In this document: one piece after another, positions 32,122 to 32,431 of the stretch | How positions within the stretch are numbered: the first letter of the stretch is position 1 | Layout: each line of letters opens with the position of its first letter | Made by a program: the position numbers and the translations under genes | The notes under the pieces: generated by a model | What the model was told of the DNA's origin: nothing | The model's input: only the letters and a program-made list of their open reading frames with translations | Database searches by the model: none | Source of the DNA: Nitrospirota bacterium | GTDB lineage: Bacteria > Nitrospirota > Thermodesulfovibrionia > Thermodesulfovibrionales > JdFR-85 | Direction of reading: 5' to 3' | Assembly (NCBI GenBank): GCA_015485235.1 | Contig: WFTX01000234.1 | Coordinates: 1 to 32,431, forward strand | DNA length: 32,431 nucleotides

Positions 32122-32431
32122 TGCCAGTAAGAATTCTTGTAGTTGATGACGAGGAGCCGGTCAGACGGCTTCTGAAAAAGGAACTGACCAGAAAGGGTTT
32201 TGAGACAGACGCCTCGGATTCAGGCGAGGACGCACTGAACAAGTTGAAGAAGCAGAACTACGACGTGATACTCCTTGACATAGTAATGCCAGGAATGGAT
32301 GGTCTTGATCTCATGAAGAAACTCAAGGGAGACCCTGCATCACCCAAGATAATTGTGCTTACCGGAAGGGCGACCGTTGATACAGCTGTGGAGGCGATGA
32401 AGAACGGTGCCTATGACTATCTCACCAAGCC
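32121..32431 (+). CDS. NtrC-family response regulator, receiver domain only; the gene continues past the right edge
   Basis: The ATG overlaps the kinase TGA (TGATG). It reads MPVRILVVDDEEPVRRLL...DVILLDIVMPGMDGLDL...VLTGRATVDTAVEAMKNGAYDYLTKP. The GAYDYLTKP ending is typical of sigma-54 activator receivers. Confidence 0.85.
   Translation, partial: MPVRILVVDDEEPVRRLLKKELTRKGFETDASDSGEDALNKLKKQNYDVILLDIVMPGMDGLDLMKKLKGDPASPKIIVLTGRATVDTAVEAMKNGAYDYLTK

Overview
Bacterial chromosomal segment, probably from a diderm anaerobe: it has sigma-54 activators, a TonB-dependent receptor, a Tat-exported NiFe hydrogenase and GGAGG-type ribosome-binding sites. No transposase, integrase, tRNA, rRNA, CRISPR array or recognisable defence genes were found. 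LEFT HALF (1-15.0 kb, all genes on the minus strand): a tightly packed gene train. In transcription order it encodes a degenerate receiver domain, a UroD/MtaA-family methyltransferase, an AhpD/CMD-like protein, an MtrH-like methyltransferase, a second MtaA-like methyltransferase, a DxHxxG corrinoid protein and a QueG/RdhA-like Fe-S protein. These are followed by a RACo-type corrinoid activase, a small Cys protein, FolD, an HdrE/DsrM-like cytochrome b, an HdrD/DsrK-like CCG Fe-S protein, a cysteate-synthase-like PLP enzyme and a fused ComDE-like TPP decarboxylase. A separately promoted group-1 NiFe hydrogenase (small subunit, then the start of the large subunit) comes last. Corrinoid methyl transfer, a heterodisulfide-reductase-like module and the Methanosarcinales-type coenzyme-M-precursor gene pair sitting together in a bacterium is the most interesting signal. 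RIGHT HALF (15.0-32.4 kb): regulatory and accessory genes. These are a CobW/G3E GTPase, an IPTL-CTERM-type secreted protein, a short metF remnant and a GAF-sigma54 activator flanked by two OsmC-like genes and a DsrE-like gene. Then come a REC-HK / REC / TonB-dependent receptor / YfiR-like (DUF4154) / HAMP histidine kinase block, a DUF362 Fe-S protein, a signal-peptide-less SsuA/NMT1-like binding protein and a PAS-GAF histidine kinase with an NtrC-type regulator that runs off the right edge. Two intergenic regions (about 15.04-15.40 kb and 28.43-28.64 kb) carry a related, inverted 'stuttering word' repeat element that the genes do not explain.
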